A DNA stretch of 63,670 nt, the filler included, from Stramenopiles sp. TOSAG23-6 (lineage: Eukaryota): the NCBI GenBank assembly GCA_900128565.1. It is 41 parts of 41 records of this genome, joined end to end, with 100 filler letters (N's around TTAATTAATTAA, not from the genome) between each part and the next. Parts side by side here need not be neighbours in the genome. Positions count along the whole stretch, not along the records: positions 62,231 to 63,670 come from LT639054.1; 40 more parts are not named here. The stretch is one strand, 5' to 3'. The notes beneath the pieces are model-generated. The model made no database searches, was not told where the DNA came from, and saw only the letters and a list, made by a program, of their open reading frames with translations. Positions 62,231-63,670 of this stretch are shown here, in pieces (position 1 is the stretch's first letter; each line of letters begins with the position of its first letter). The position numbers and the translations under genes are program-made.

Positions 62231-62861
62231 ACCTCACGTACAATTTCACTTAAGAAAGTTTGTGGAGTCATTTCTTTTTCAATACGATAATTCAAGCAAT
62301 GATCATTTTTTTGGTTTTTGTGAGTACCAATAAAATAATTTGTCGGGCCATGCTTTGAAGAAACATCAATGAGCGGAATGAAAACAGTGAGACAATGAGG
62401 AGGGAGAGAATTCGTGTTTTTATCGTTGAGCTCTGAAAAAAGAATTTCTCCATCTCGATGAGTATGTATTTTGGAAAAATATTTTTTTTTTTTTCGTAAA
62501 AAAAAAATCATTAGGGACAAAATTTCGTACGAAAAAATAAAACATATATCTTGAACAGTACTACCTGGCATTGAAATGACTACCCCGGTCTTCACAAGAT
62601 AGCAAGCTGGACCAAGAAGACTTTTTATAATAGATCGCCAGCTAGAATTCCAACGAAGTTGCTTGAAAGGTGACTCATTCGTGTATTCAAAAAAATATAT
62701 CAAATTTGAAATTCGTTAAGTACGGAATTTCGTATGAAAAAAGTTGGAGGTAAAAAAATCATGATGAAAACGTACATATCAAGTATAACATCAAAACGAA
62801 GTGGACTTCTACACACAATTTCACCGCATTGTCCTCCTTGAATATGAACGATTTCTCTCAT
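62231..62861 (-). CDS. PhyH-like 2OG-Fe(II) dioxygenase fragment whose first 13 codons match the beta-tubulin N-terminus; introns 62681-62775, 62464-62547
   Basis: GVVISMPGS..Q..H.DG; LTVFIPL.DV....GPT....GTH; N-terminus MREIVHIQGGQCG. Confidence 0.75.
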
Positions 62862-63670
62862 GTTTATCTTACCTACGTTAGTAATTTATATGCAATTATA
62901 AATATAATGAGTCGTTAGTGAAAAGGTGGAAATGGGGAGACGAACTTTGAGATTTGCTTTGAAGTTTTCAAAACGTACTTTGTTATATAGGCTTTATATG
63001 TAAACAGGAAGAGTTATTACCGGCTGCTTACGAACGAAAACACAAATTTTCGTTTATGATTTCAATCCTTTTGAAGTTGATGTCCCATCAAAAATGAAAC
63101 GCTATTTTTACAATTTTTCAATTTTCGTAGTTAAATGGTACGGAAGAGAAATAAATTAGAAATTCAGTCTGCTTGCGCCGTGGTGGACAAAACTATTCGA
63201 AAGGCATTCGAAAGATTTTTTTCAAACTTGAAATTGGAATCATAATATTTTAATATAGCTACAAAAAAAGANNNNNNNNNNNNNNNNNNNNNNNNNNNNN
63301 NNNNNNNNNNNNNNNNNNNNNNNNNNNNNNNNNNNNNNNNNNNNNNTGGAAAAAAGTGATATTAGTACTACGGACAGTAATAATGATTCCGATGCAGAGC
63401 GTAAGAGGCGTCAGTTTCTCCAAAAATTTTGGTTCAAGGCATTAAAAGCAAAACATGTCGCGTATAAAAGAGAGAAGCTAGGAAAGTCTCAAAGTGAACT
63501 CGTGTCAAATACAACAATAACACATCTTCCAAAAAATCCAGTTTTAAGCCTTCGATTCTTGTTAACACAAGAAGAGAGGGAAAATCGAATAAGTGTGTCG
63601 AATAAAGAAGCTGCAGTGAATGCACTACTCCAGCACGGTGTTTGCTGTTTAGACGGGGCTGTCAAAAAAA

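Noticed and set aside
1-63670. Alternative genetic code
   Set aside because: Conserved genes use TGG for Trp and end at TAA, TAG or TGA. Only one internal TGA was seen.

Overview
This is not a contiguous locus. It is about 41 unrelated ~1.44-1.47 kb contigs, sorted by decreasing length and joined by artificial N44-TTAATTAATTAA-N44 spacers. The source is an AT-rich flagellated microbial eukaryote with the standard genetic code and TTAGGG-type telomere repeats; a stramenopile-like protist is my inference. Recognisable gene fragments include MCM3, MTR4, XPG/Rad2, axonemal dynein heavy chain, PDX1, lipin, aminoacylase, BEACH, TLDc, RRM, saposin, an LPMO-like protein and tRNA-Arg(ACG). The dominant unusual signal is a high-copy family of ~85-160 nt introns that do not end in AG. 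Invariant protein motifs fix the register as GT...AT. Consensus: GTAYGTTTT - polyT - CGTACGAAATTTYGTACCTAAC - spacer - AAATATTTTTYMCAATAYAT. These introns have short terminal inverted repeats, frequent AT direct repeats at the junctions and tolerant termini (AT-AT, GT-AC, AT-TT). They coexist with ordinary GT-AG introns, so they look like an introner-type mobile intron system with non-canonical splicing. A second signal is many short telomeric (CCCTAA)n insertions inside exons and introns, several flanked by target duplications. All splicing calls are inferred from DNA and need RNA confirmation.
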